A stretch of DNA of 64,000 nucleotides. It comes from Planctomycetota bacterium (GTDB lineage: Bacteria; Planctomycetota; GCA-002687715; DRQF01). Shown here piece by piece: positions 28,367 through 38,837 of the stretch. The stretch spans positions 11,247 through 75,246 of the forward strand of contig JAZGFI010000277.1 of the NCBI GenBank assembly GCA_036479435.1. The letters are read 5' to 3'. A model generated the notes under the pieces. The model saw only the letters and a program-made list of their open reading frames with translations. It was not told where the DNA came from and did not search any database. The translations under genes were made by a program, and so were the position numbers. Position 1 is the stretch's first letter. Every line of letters starts with the position of its first letter.

Positions 28367-28822
28367 ATGAGCCGCTTCTTCCGCCAATTTGCAATCCTGA
28401 CCACGTCCATGGCACTTTTCTTTTGCGCTGCCGGTGCGGATGTTCTTGCGGGAACTAGCTACGGTCCTCGCTTGACGCTTCGCTCGGGCGCTCCGGTGAT
28501 CGGTCAATCGATCGACATGGAGTTCAGCGGACCCAACCCCTTCAATGGCTGCACGGTTCGCCTCTACGTTGGTGACCCGACGGTGGGTACCACGACCGTC
28601 ACCGTGAACGGTCAAAGCGTCGTGCTGCCGATTGCCAACGCATCGCAATTCGACACCGGCACCTTCAGCAACGGCCGCTATCGCTCGGCTTACACCCTGC
28701 CTATCGACAAGACTCTCATCGGAACCCAAAAGTACTTCATCGCCGTCATTGAAGTTGGCACTAGCATCAAGACGTCTTTGGTCATGCCCTCTGGCCCGAT
28801 CCTCGGCGACGACATCGCCTAG
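28367..28822 (+). CDS. Secreted hypothetical beta-rich protein
   Basis: GGAG upstream, signal peptide, and a terminator after the stop. Confidence 0.7.
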   Translation: MSRFFRQFAILTTSMALFFCAAGADVLAGTSYGPRLTLRSGAPVIGQSIDMEFSGPNPFNGCTVRLYVGDPTVGTTTVTVNGQSVVLPIANASQFDTGTFSNGRYRSAYTLPIDKTLIGTQKYFIAVIEVGTSIKTSLVMPSGPILGDDIA

Positions 28823-28847
28823 AACCCTTGCAAAGCCAGAGATCAAG

Positions 28848-28873
28848 ACAGGGAGCCATTGGCTCCCTGTTTT
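28848..28873 (+). terminator. Rho-independent terminator
   Basis: ACAGGGAGCC-ATT-GGCTCCCTGT followed by TTT. Confidence 0.7.
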
Positions 28874-28958
28874 CGTACCCGCATGTCGTGCAGGCAATGG
28901 TGAGCCCCTTCGCCTCGATGCACTCCGAAGCCTGGTGCCCCGTATTCGATATTGGCCT

Positions 28959-31900
28959 TTAGGCGGACTCGGCGGCAAGCGCCTTCTCAATAGCGTCGAT
29001 AAGATCGCTGATCTCAAAGGGCTTGGACAAGACCTGGTCAACTTGTCGCAGGCCGGCGTTTTGCACCCCGATTTCCTCCGCCCAACCCGTGAGCAAAATC
29101 ACCGGAAGGTCGCTGCGGTGTTTCTTCACTTCCCGCGCCACATCCCAACCGGACATGGGCACCATGCCTAAGTCCGTCATCACGAGATCGAAAGGAGCCG
29201 CCTTGAGCGCTTCCAGAGCTTCTGGGCCCGACGCGGCTGGCGTGACGTCGTAACCTTCCTTCTTGAGGATTTCTTCGAGCAAAGACCGGATTCCCAACTC
29301 GTCATCAACTACCAAAAGTTTGGGAGCCGGGCCTTCTCGGCGTACCGAGGGGCTGCCCCCAAGCGCTGGAGCCGGTCGCTCCTGACGCTTTTCGATCCCG
29401 CGCGGCAGCTCGATCACGATCATGGTGAAGCCATCGGCGCCGGATTCTATGGCCACTTTCCCCCCGTGCCGCATCAAGATTCCATAGGCCACGCTCATCC
29501 CTAGGCTGCCGTCGGAGTCACCTCGGCTCAACAGCGGATCGAACAGCTCCGACCCCGCCGACTCGGTGATGGACGCGCCGTCGTGACGGACCAGCAGCCT
29601 CACGGTGTCCTCAAGCACTTCCGAATCGAAGACGATCAGACCGCTGTCCTTCAACGAAGCCACCGCGTTCAACAAGACATTGGTAAAGACCTCGCGTAAC
29701 TCCGAGCGATTTCCTCTCACGAGGACTTCCTCACCCAGACGATTTGAAATATCGACGCGCCGACCGGACCGGATGTACTCGCTTTGCCATCGCGTCTTGG
29801 TGAATTCCATGACCTCGTCGACGATGGCATGGAGGTCGACGACCTCGAGGTCGCGCTTTGTGGAACTCTGAGTAAAATCCTGCAACCGGCGCACCACGAT
29901 CGCACCTTCGCGTGCGGATTGGGCAATCGTCTCCAACTCGTTTCGATGGCCATCGTCATCTAGCTTGCTGAGAAGCAACTGCGTTCGCCCCAAGATCGCC
30001 GCGAGGAGGTTGTTGAAGTCGTGTGCCACACTGCCCGCCAACACTCCCATCGTGCGATCTTTCTCCTCTCGAACGAGTTTCTGAACCAGCCGAGCGTTCT
30101 CAAAAGCAATCGCCGCTTGGCTGGCAAGAATGCCCAGTAGCTCGAGATCGTCGGCTCGAAACTGCCCCACGCGAGAACGGTTGTCGACGTAAATCATGCC
30201 CAGCAGCTTCTGATTGCGCAGCATCGGGACGCACATGATCGAGCGCAGCTCAAGACTGAGAACACTCTCTTGGGCCCGGTATTCCTCTTCGTCCATGGCG
30301 TTTTGCAGCAGCACCGGGCGCTTAGTCTTGGCGACGCCATCGATCACTTTGCGCGACACCTGCCGCTCCGGGTCGACAACCGGCTCACCACGATTGGTTC
30401 GCGCCACCGCAACTTGGGCATCACCATCGTCCTCGACGAGAACTAAGAACCCACGCTCCGCACTCGAAAAGTCGATGGCACCGTCCAAGATTGCCGGCAG
30501 CAACTGGTCCATCGGCATCGTCTTCGTCATGTCTTGGCTGAGTTCAAGAATGCGGCGAACACCCTCTTCGTTGCGCCGCAAACTGGAAACCGTGGTCCCC
30601 AGCGTTCGCTCAACGTCAAAGAGCCCCGTCTTCAGCTTCGAAATGCAAAGGCGAACCTCCTTCGGCAGTTTTCGCAGTTCGTCATCACGACCCGGGCAGC
30701 TCGCGGAGATAAAAGCTCGCGTGGCCGCACGGAACTGACGGACTTCCGGCGTTTCGAGGAAGGAGGCCATCATGCGCGGTTCATTAATCGCGGCCGTGGT
30801 CTTCTCCAAACACTCAAGTGCGAGGCTCGCGTAATAAAACGCGCGTTCTGGCTTCAGAGCCCAATCGCAGTAGCGTGCCAGTGCCGCCGCCGCCGAAAAC
30901 GCCACCCCCGGCATCTCGAGTTTCTGCGCTTCCCGAAGGACTTTTGCGACGGCTTCAACCTCTGCCAACTCCTCATCCGCGCCCGAGTCATTGAGCGCGA
31001 CAAGTAGATCCAACTCGAGCACCGCCAGCCGCGATGCGACCTCATCCGTCAGTTCTTTTTTGTCGGCCTTTGCCAAATTCCGGGACAGGCTTTGGGCGCG
31101 GTCGACATCACCGTCACCACGAGCAAGGTGGAGGCCCATCATCCGCACCAGGGTCTCAAGGCGGCTCGACTCCGCCCCGACGCGGCCGAACACCTCAAGG
31201 GCTTCGCCGAGACAATCCTCAGCGCGCTCGACATCGCCGCGACCCAACCACTGATCGGCAAGCCCCCACATGGCGACCGCGGGTTCCTCTTCGAGCTCGT
31301 GCTCGCGCATCGCCGTCAAGGCGCGATTGAGGGTCTCTTCAGCCTCGTCCCAAAGCCCCACTGCCGCCAAAGTCAGTCCGGCATTCGTCTCCCAATACCG
31401 CGCCCGCAATTCCTGACCGAAGCTGCGATCGGCCGCCGCTGCTTCGCGGTAGTAGCGGATCGCAGCGGCGTGGCGGTGCCGCAACTGGGACACCGCGCCC
31501 AAGGAGTTGAGCGCGATAGCAGGATTCTTGTCGCCCTTCAGCTTGCGCTTGAGCTTCAAGCAGATTTTCAGGCTCTTAGCCGCTTCGGAGAGTTCGCGAC
31601 GGCGCAGGTGAATATTGGCGATGTTCGCCCAACATTGATGCTCGCCCTCGCGATGCCCGATCTCTTGGCGGATGCGAAGCGCATCGCGCAAGTAGTCCAG
31701 GGCCTCTTGAGCACTCCCCATGTTGCGCTTCAAAATGCCTAAGTTGTTGAGGCTGTCGGCGAGGGCGAGGAGATCGCCGATGTCCCGCTGTAAGGCCACG
31801 GCAGACTTGAAAAAAGTCTCGGCCCGCTCGTTTACACCCCCCTGCATGTAGATGCTGCCAACAAGGTGGCGCCCTTGACCGAGGCCATTCAGGTTTCCGG

Positions 31901-34604
31901 CGCGCGCTTCCATCTTGAGTGACAACAGCGCTAGCGAGAGCGCCGTTGCGAGGTTGTGACGCCTGAATTCAAGCGACGCACGCAAGCGCACGAAATCCGA
32001 CTGGCTAGCGCTGTAGGGCGAAGGTGGCGGCAGCCGTGGGGACTCGACTTCTTCGAGCCGCAACTTGTTATCAACGCCGATTTCAGGCACAGCCTTGGCC
32101 CGCGCCAAGATCGCGGCGGCTTCTTCGAGGACGCGATCGGTCTCATTGAGGTCGCCCTGGCGGAGATGAGTTTGCGCCCGCTGAAGGCAAAGCAAGGCCG
32201 CTTCCCCGACGTCAACGCCTTCAACTTGGCGCGCGGCTTTCTTCAACACTATGCGCGCTTGTTCGTACTCTCCGTCCATCACCAGCGAACGCGCTTGCAG
32301 TTTCGCCGTCACCGGGCTGGCACTGAGGTCGGACAACTCAGTCAGGCTCAGCTCCGCGCGCGCGCCCCGCGCATCGCCCCGGCGGCAGGCCAGCTCGGCG
32401 GCAGATACTGTCGCCATGAAGACGAGATAGCGCGGTGGCTTCGCCGCCGAGCGGCGAATCGCCTGCATCAGCACTTTAGCTTCACCGTCACGGTTGCGGC
32501 GAACGAGGCCGCTGTAGGCGGAGTACGCCCGATCCCAAACAGCTTCTGTGATGTGCCCCGACATCAGCTCGTGAAAAACGGCCGTCCAAGCATTGGCTCG
32601 AGTCTCATCGTGAAGCGCGCGAGCAAGCTGGGCGTGCAAGCTGCGTTGGCGCTCGTCCGACATCATCTCGGTCACCACGCCCTTAGTATCAGCATCCACA
32701 AAACCGAGAGCACCGTAGCGCGATACCGACAACAAGCCGCGGCGCGACAAGCGATCGATCGAGGCCTTCGCAGAAGCGGCCGTTAGGCCCCCAAAACGTG
32801 CGAGATGAGGCTGATCGACATGCTTGGGGTGCAAGGCGACAAGCTGAAGCAAAAAGAGATCGCGGTCTTCGACCAAGCCAACGCGGCTTTGGATGACCCC
32901 GCGCACCCGCGTCGCGACCGGAGCCGCCTCGACTCGATCCAGCGCCAAGGCCTCCTCAACGGCGAGCACTCTGTCGGCCTCAATCTGCAAGCTGGCCAGC
33001 GTCTCGCGCAAGAACAAGGGGTTGCCGTGGGTCTTTGCGTGCAGGACTTCGGCCACCGAAGGCGAGCAATCCGCCGGAGCGATCATCGCGCGTAGGAGCT
33101 CAGTAGATTTGTCAAGGTCGAAGGCCTCCAACTCGATGACGTCGAGCAAGCCGTCCTCGTGCGCTTCGCGCAGCAGCCCTTCCAACACCTCATCGAAGTC
33201 GCAGCCCGGCGTCATGGTCATGACGATTTGGAGGGGCAATCGGTCGCCCGACAACTGGTATTCTGCGCTAACTCGACGCAGCAAGTAGGTCAGGAACTCC
33301 CGTGCAATAGGATCGAGCGACTCGATGTCCTCGACAACGAGAACGCTCGGGCTTTCGACGCGAGCGAGCCGAATCGCACCCCGCGCAATCGCGGAGTACC
33401 GGGCAAAACGCCGCGGGTCGGCTAAGTCAGGAAAACTTGCCGTTCCCGTTGATTCTGGATCTTTCTGACGACCCAAAAGAGAATCCAACTCGGATTCGAG
33501 GTTGGCCAGGGTCGTATCGTCTCCCTCGGCACGACCGCGGGATGAGCTCAGGCTCAGCACTCTGAGCTTGGAGATCCGAAGCTCGGTCTTGTGCTTTTCG
33601 ATGAGGCGCGTTTTGCCGACCCCTCGTTCACCGTTAATCGACATGAACGGCATGGGTGGAGGAGCCCCCACGGCCAGCTCGGAACTACAAGGCGCCGATT
33701 CACGGAGCTGAATTAACTCCTCCAGGCGCCCCACGAAGCGGGGCTGGCAAATGGTCGCCAAGCGGGAATCAACGGTCTCCACGTCGATGCTGGGGTCTAT
33801 TTCTGTCAAGGCCTGCAGCACTTCGGCGGCAGAAGCGAAACGCTCATCGCGCGGTTGCCGCAACAGCCCGTGCAGGACTTGCATCAAGGCGCGATCGTAG
33901 CGACCGAGGCAATCCGAAGGCAACCACGCCAAAAGGTCATCGGCATCGGCGACGAGAGGCAAGTCCGGCGTTGGGTTGCCTTTCAAGACTGAGAAAATCG
34001 AGGCGCCAAAAGAATAGAGGTCGGCGCGGCCGTCAATGATCTCTCCGGCCACCAGCACCTCGGGCGCAACGAAAGGCATGGTGCCTCGACCGGACTCGAC
34101 CGGCCCAATCGATCCCGCGAGGTCGAAGTCGAGCAACTTCAATCCGATGACGCGATCTTGTTCCACGTCGAGATCGACGATGATGTTGTCCGGCTTTACG
34201 TCGAAGTGCACGATCTCGCGAGCGTGCAAATAGCCGAGCACACGACTAGTCTGGGCGATGATCTCGGCCAGCACTTTCTTCGACGGGTGATCGCCAAGAT
34301 CGGAGAGCCGCTGGCCCGCGGCTCGATCTTCAACGAAATAAGGGCGCGTCGTTTCGGCGTCGACGCCGTGGTCAACGACGCGACAGATCCCCGGATGGAC
34401 GAGGTCGCTGGCGACGCGGTATTCATTGTGAAATCGGAGCAGCGTTCGGGCCGGGGGATGTTTTTCCTGGTTCGCCTCAGCCAAGAGCTTGAGAACCAGC
34501 TCCCGTTCGGGAGCACGCCGATCGCGCACGACGAATACGGTCTTCAAACCGCCTTCGTGCAGGACTTCTTTGACCTCATAGCGGCCAGCAATCAAGTCGC
34601 GCAT
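28959..34604 (-). CDS. Giant hybrid signalling protein: Ser/Thr kinase, STAND/AAA NTPase, TPR, GAF, HisKA, HATPase-like, REC
   Basis: VHFDVKPDNI, GTMPFVAPE, Walker A GERGVGKT, TPR array, GAF (ERGFLVL...RSIMCVPM...IYVDNR), AHDFNNLL, and REC (LLVVDDE, TDLGM, KPF). Start at 34604 or 34625. Confidence 0.9.
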   Translation of the reverse strand: MRDLIAGRYEVKEVLHEGGLKTVFVVRDRRAPERELVLKLLAEANQEKHPPARTLLRFHNEYRVASDLVHPGICRVVDHGVDAETTRPYFVEDRAAGQRLSDLGDHPSKKVLAEIIAQTSRVLGYLHAREIVHFDVKPDNIIVDLDVEQDRVIGLKLLDFDLAGSIGPVESGRGTMPFVAPEVLVAGEIIDGRADLYSFGASIFSVLKGNPTPDLPLVADADDLLAWLPSDCLGRYDRALMQVLHGLLRQPRDERFASAAEVLQALTEIDPSIDVETVDSRLATICQPRFVGRLEELIQLRESAPCSSELAVGAPPPMPFMSINGERGVGKTRLIEKHKTELRISKLRVLSLSSSRGRAEGDDTTLANLESELDSLLGRQKDPESTGTASFPDLADPRRFARYSAIARGAIRLARVESPSVLVVEDIESLDPIAREFLTYLLRRVSAEYQLSGDRLPLQIVMTMTPGCDFDEVLEGLLREAHEDGLLDVIELEAFDLDKSTELLRAMIAPADCSPSVAEVLHAKTHGNPLFLRETLASLQIEADRVLAVEEALALDRVEAAPVATRVRGVIQSRVGLVEDRDLFLLQLVALHPKHVDQPHLARFGGLTAASAKASIDRLSRRGLLSVSRYGALGFVDADTKGVVTEMMSDERQRSLHAQLARALHDETRANAWTAVFHELMSGHITEAVWDRAYSAYSGLVRRNRDGEAKVLMQAIRRSAAKPPRYLVFMATVSAAELACRRGDARGARAELSLTELSDLSASPVTAKLQARSLVMDGEYEQARIVLKKAARQVEGVDVGEAALLCLQRAQTHLRQGDLNETDRVLEEAAAILARAKAVPEIGVDNKLRLEEVESPRLPPPSPYSASQSDFVRLRASLEFRRHNLATALSLALLSLKMEARAGNLNGLGQGRHLVGSIYMQGGVNERAETFFKSAVALQRDIGDLLALADSLNNLGILKRNMGSAQEALDYLRDALRIRQEIGHREGEHQCWANIANIHLRRRELSEAAKSLKICLKLKRKLKGDKNPAIALNSLGAVSQLRHRHAAAIRYYREAAAADRSFGQELRARYWETNAGLTLAAVGLWDEAEETLNRALTAMREHELEEEPAVAMWGLADQWLGRGDVERAEDCLGEALEVFGRVGAESSRLETLVRMMGLHLARGDGDVDRAQSLSRNLAKADKKELTDEVASRLAVLELDLLVALNDSGADEELAEVEAVAKVLREAQKLEMPGVAFSAAAALARYCDWALKPERAFYYASLALECLEKTTAAINEPRMMASFLETPEVRQFRAATRAFISASCPGRDDELRKLPKEVRLCISKLKTGLFDVERTLGTTVSSLRRNEEGVRRILELSQDMTKTMPMDQLLPAILDGAIDFSSAERGFLVLVEDDGDAQVAVARTNRGEPVVDPERQVSRKVIDGVAKTKRPVLLQNAMDEEEYRAQESVLSLELRSIMCVPMLRNQKLLGMIYVDNRSRVGQFRADDLELLGILASQAAIAFENARLVQKLVREEKDRTMGVLAGSVAHDFNNLLAAILGRTQLLLSKLDDDGHRNELETIAQSAREGAIVVRRLQDFTQSSTKRDLEVVDLHAIVDEVMEFTKTRWQSEYIRSGRRVDISNRLGEEVLVRGNRSELREVFTNVLLNAVASLKDSGLIVFDSEVLEDTVRLLVRHDGASITESAGSELFDPLLSRGDSDGSLGMSVAYGILMRHGGKVAIESGADGFTMIVIELPRGIEKRQERPAPALGGSPSVRREGPAPKLLVVDDELGIRSLLEEILKKEGYDVTPAASGPEALEALKAAPFDLVMTDLGMVPMSGWDVAREVKKHRSDLPVILLTGWAEEIGVQNAGLRQVDQVLSKPFEISDLIDAIEKALAAESA

Positions 34605-34786
34605 GGGTCGCCGCTCATCGCGCATCGTGCTAGAGATTTCAAGCGCTTCGCCTCCTTCGCCGCCCTCAAGTTTCAAGCTGCATCCGTGAATTGGTTGGCC
34701 AATCGCGAAAGGAGGCCCTGTCGGCAGTCCGAGTATACTGGCGGTTCTCACCGACTGCATTGCAATTCGAAACGAAGGCTCCAACG

Positions 34787-37525
34787 ATGACCGAAGTGCG
34801 CCCCGACGATAAGTGCGCGAAACGCCTTTTTCTCATCGATGGTTCGGCATTGGCCTATCGATCCCACTTCGCCTTCATTCGATCTCCCCTCTCCAATGCG
34901 GCTGGCCTCTCGACGGGAGGCATTTTTGGGTTCACGCGAGCTCTGAAGCAAATTCTCGAAGAAGCTGACCCCTCCCACATCGCCCTCGTTTTTGACCACA
35001 AGGGGCCGACTTTTCGCCATGAACTCTACAAAGAGTACAAAGCGACGCGCCAAAAAATGCCGGAGGACATGCGCGAACAAATCCCGTGGATGAAGAAAGT
35101 CACCGAGGGTTTTCGGGTGCCCTTGATCGAGCTGCCCGGTTTCGAGGCCGACGACGTCATTGGCACCTTGGCTCGTCGTGCGGACGCTGAGGGCTTTGAA
35201 GTCATGATTGTCAGCGGCGACAAGGACTTCATGCAGCTCGTCACGGACCGGACAAAACTTTACAACATCGCCAAAGCCAACGTCGCCGTCGAAATCGTGG
35301 GCGAAGAGGCCGTCCACGCGAAATTCGGCGTCAAACCTGATCTCGTTGTCGACGTCCTCGCGCTCATGGGCGACAGCTCCGACAACGTCCCGGGAGTGTC
35401 GGGAGTTGGCGAGAAAACGGCCATTAAGCTCATCAACGAGTGGGGCTCCTTCGATGAGGTTTTTGCGCACGTCGACGAAATCAAGCGCAAAAAGCTCCGC
35501 GAGACCCTCACCCTTGAACGCGACATCGCCGAACTCAGCCGCCGGCTGGTCACGATCGACACCGATGTCAAGCTCGACCACGACGTCGCTTCGTTGGCAC
35601 GCCAAGAGCCCGACACCGACGCCCTCAAGGAGATCTACCGCGAGATGGAGTTCGGCAGGCTTCTCGCCGAGCTCAGCCAGGGCGGTGCGGCCGCAGACCC
35701 GGTCGAAAAGGACTACCGCATCGTCCGCAGCGAAGCAGAGCTCGAGGCGCTAATCGATTTGCTCAAGACCGCGGGCACTTTTGTGCTGGACCTTGAAACT
35801 ACCGGTTTGGACAAGATCGACGCCCGCATCGTCGGATTCTCCTTTTCAACCGCGACTGGCGAGGGCCACTACGTAGCGATGAACCTCGATCCCCCGCTGC
35901 TTCCCGGCGACTGGGAAGGAAGCGCGCTCGTCGAGCGATTGCGGCCCCTTTTGGAGTCCGACAAGTTCGAAAAGTGCGGCCAGAACATCAAGTACGACGC
36001 TTCGGTACTGGTCAATCACGACATCGAACTCGGCAATATCGCCTTCGATACGATGATCGCCAGCTATCTGCTCGATCCCGGCAGTCGCGAACACAGCCTG
36101 GACGGCCTGTCGCTCCGGCACTTCGACTACAAAAAAATTAAGACCGAAGAGATCATCGGCAGCAAGGGCGACGATCAGCTCACGATGAATCTTGTCCCGA
36201 TCGAAACGGTAGGTGAGTACGCCTGCGAGGACGCAGACTTCACCTGGAGGCTCTACGAGCTCTTCGCTCCGCGGCTACTCGCCAACGAGCTGCGCGAATT
36301 GTTCGACACCATCGAAATGCCTCTCGTTCCCGTTCTCTTGCGCATGGAGCGGCAAGGCGTTCGATTGAAGAAAGAAGTCCTGGCCGAACTCGGCAAGGAA
36401 ATCCAAGCCGAACTGGCGACTCTCGAAGATCAGATCTACGAGCTTGCGGGTCGCGAATTCAACATCGCTTCGCCAAAACAGCTCTCCGAGATCCTCTTCG
36501 TCGAACTCAAACTGCACGAGAAGCTCGGGGTCAAACCTAAGAAGACGAAAACCGGGTTTTCGACCAACCACGAAGTGCTCGACTCGATGCAGGGGCATGA
36601 CTTGCCGCGGCGCATCCTCGAGTATCGCGGCCTTGCGAAACTGCTCAACACCTATGTTCTGACGCTTCCGAAGCTGGTGCACCCCAGTACCGGACGCATT
36701 CACACGCAGTTCAACCAGGCCGTGGCGGCGACGGGACGGCTGTCGAGTAGCGACCCCAACCTGCAAAACATCCCCATCCGCACGCCCCGAGGGCGACGGA
36801 TTCGCGAGGCCTTCGTCCCCTCGAATGACGGCTGGGTGCTGCTGGCGGCAGACTATTCGCAGATCGAGTTGCGGATCATGGCCCACGTTTCCCAAGACCC
36901 CCAACTCATCGCCGCCTTCGAGCGCGGAGCCGATATCCACCGCGAAACGGCGGCCCGAGTCTTCGAAGTCGAACCCGAGGCGGTCGATTCCGAGATGCGG
37001 AGTCGCGCCAAGAGCATCAACTTCGGCATCATGTACGGCATGGGCTCGCAGCGCCTCGCCCGCGAAACCGGAATGTCCGTCGCCGAGGCGACGGCTTTCA
37101 TCGATCGCTACTTCGATTCATTCCCGACCGTTCGCAACTTTTTGGAATCCTGCAAAGAACGGGCCCGACAAGATGGCTACGTGACAACTCTCTTTGGCCG
37201 CCGCCGCCCGATCCCAGATATTCAATCGTCCAATGGCCGGCTGCGATCCGCCGCCGAGAACATGGCGGTCAACACCCCGATTCAGGGAAGCGCGGCCGAC
37301 TTGATCAAGCTGGCCATGATCGAAATCGATGCCTACATCCGCCGCAAAGGCCTGAAAGGCCGCATGATCCTGCAAGTTCACGATGAGCTCGTCTTTGACC
37401 TTCCCCGCGACGAACTCGAGCTGTTCCGCGACAAAATGCCCGCCCTCATGGCCAGTGCCACAAAATTACGAGTCCCCTTGGTTGTTGAGACCGGTTATGG
37501 GGAGAATTGGAGCGAAGCCCACTAA
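34787..37525 (+). CDS. polA: DNA polymerase I
   Basis: 5'-3' exonuclease (LIDGSALAYR, EADDVIG, GDSSDN), intact 3'-5' exonuclease motifs (DLET, NIKYD, YACED), and polymerase motifs (DYSQIELR, LQVHDEL). Confidence 0.98.
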   Translation: MTEVRPDDKCAKRLFLIDGSALAYRSHFAFIRSPLSNAAGLSTGGIFGFTRALKQILEEADPSHIALVFDHKGPTFRHELYKEYKATRQKMPEDMREQIPWMKKVTEGFRVPLIELPGFEADDVIGTLARRADAEGFEVMIVSGDKDFMQLVTDRTKLYNIAKANVAVEIVGEEAVHAKFGVKPDLVVDVLALMGDSSDNVPGVSGVGEKTAIKLINEWGSFDEVFAHVDEIKRKKLRETLTLERDIAELSRRLVTIDTDVKLDHDVASLARQEPDTDALKEIYREMEFGRLLAELSQGGAAADPVEKDYRIVRSEAELEALIDLLKTAGTFVLDLETTGLDKIDARIVGFSFSTATGEGHYVAMNLDPPLLPGDWEGSALVERLRPLLESDKFEKCGQNIKYDASVLVNHDIELGNIAFDTMIASYLLDPGSREHSLDGLSLRHFDYKKIKTEEIIGSKGDDQLTMNLVPIETVGEYACEDADFTWRLYELFAPRLLANELRELFDTIEMPLVPVLLRMERQGVRLKKEVLAELGKEIQAELATLEDQIYELAGREFNIASPKQLSEILFVELKLHEKLGVKPKKTKTGFSTNHEVLDSMQGHDLPRRILEYRGLAKLLNTYVLTLPKLVHPSTGRIHTQFNQAVAATGRLSSSDPNLQNIPIRTPRGRRIREAFVPSNDGWVLLAADYSQIELRIMAHVSQDPQLIAAFERGADIHRETAARVFEVEPEAVDSEMRSRAKSINFGIMYGMGSQRLARETGMSVAEATAFIDRYFDSFPTVRNFLESCKERARQDGYVTTLFGRRRPIPDIQSSNGRLRSAAENMAVNTPIQGSAADLIKLAMIEIDAYIRRKGLKGRMILQVHDELVFDLPRDELELFRDKMPALMASATKLRVPLVVETGYGENWSEAH

Positions 37526-38607
37526 TGACAAACGAGCTAGGAGCGACCCTTTCGATGGAAACGAAATACCACGCACCGATCCAAGGGCGTGGACGCCTGA
37601 CGCTGCTGAGCTGCGCATCGGGGCGCCCTTTCGCCAAGCGCGTCGAGAAAGCTCTAGTCAAGATCATCAAGGACGCCGGTGGCTTGGGCGAAAGCGGAGT
37701 TCTACGCAAAACCGATGAGGTTCTTTTTCCGAACGGCGAGATCAAGACCGTCATCGCCGACAACATCCGCGGGGACGACATCTATGTCATCCAGTGCGTT
37801 GACGACCCCTCATCCAAGCAGAGCGTCAATGACAACTTAATGGCGCTGGTGACGGCACTCCACGCGGCCGATCAATCCGACGCCGCTTCGATCACCGCCG
37901 TCATCCCTCAGTTTCCGTATTCTCGGCAAGAGCGCAAAAAGACCCGCGAGGCCATCACCGCCCGCGTCGTCGCGAGCTTGCTGGAGGATTCCGGCGCCGA
38001 CCGCGTCATCACGCTCGACATTCACTCCGAAGCCACCATGGGCTTTTTTAGACGCTGCACGCTGGAGGACCTCCACGCCTCAGGGGTCTTGATCGACCAC
38101 GTCGTGGCCAACACCACGATCGACACCGACAATTTGGTGATGGTGGCCCCAGATGTCGGTGGTGCTGACCGCGCGCGCCACTACGCCAACCACTTTGGCA
38201 GCCCCTTGGCCATCGTCCACAAGGCTCGCGACTACAGCCAGCCCGGCATTATCGAGAGCATGCGCCTCGTCGGCGACGTCGAGGGCAAAGACGTCTTGAT
38301 GCCCGACGACCTGATCGCCACCGGGGGTACGCTCTTGACCGCATGCAAGCTGCTGAAAGACTCCGGCGCCAAGCGGGTCTTTCTCGCCTGCTCGCTGCCG
38401 TTTTTGAACGGGCCGGCCGTCGATCGGTTCGATAAGGCCTATGCTGAGGGCGGATTTGACCTCCTCATCGGAACCGACGCGGTCTTTCGGGGGCCTTCAT
38501 TCGTGGAGAAACACCCCTGGTATCAGGAGGTAAGTGTGGCTCCCCTCTTCGCCCAGGTCATTTTCAACATCAACCAAAAGCGCTCCGTAAGCGCTTTGTT
38601 GCGCTGA
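37525..38607 (+). CDS. prs: Ribose-phosphate pyrophosphokinase
   Basis: FPNGE, PYSRQ, LDIHS, APDVGG and DDLIATGGT. TAATG overlap with polA. Confidence 0.95.
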   Translation: MTNELGATLSMETKYHAPIQGRGRLTLLSCASGRPFAKRVEKALVKIIKDAGGLGESGVLRKTDEVLFPNGEIKTVIADNIRGDDIYVIQCVDDPSSKQSVNDNLMALVTALHAADQSDAASITAVIPQFPYSRQERKKTREAITARVVASLLEDSGADRVITLDIHSEATMGFFRRCTLEDLHASGVLIDHVVANTTIDTDNLVMVAPDVGGADRARHYANHFGSPLAIVHKARDYSQPGIIESMRLVGDVEGKDVLMPDDLIATGGTLLTACKLLKDSGAKRVFLACSLPFLNGPAVDRFDKAYAEGGFDLLIGTDAVFRGPSFVEKHPWYQEVSVAPLFAQVIFNINQKRSVSALLR

Positions 38608-38837
38608 ACTTAGGATTGATCGAGGCCGCGACAGCAACCCGGTTTTCTCCAGAACGAGGAGATCCCCTAGCGCATCTCCGGGCCGGGCTTCGTATTGAGG
38701 AACGTGGGGCCTGATTTCGCCCTTTGGCAGAATGCCCGGGCGTTCGCTATCGTTGCAGTACTGACCCAACCACCGAACAAGGTGCCCATGCGGGGCACGA
38801 CCGCTTTTTTGACTCAGCCCTGACGGGAGTTCTGACC

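Noticed and set aside
34605..34786. Overlapping N-terminal extensions of polA and the hybrid kinase
   Set aside because: Divergent genes need a promoter gap, and homology-like sequence begins at the downstream ATGs.
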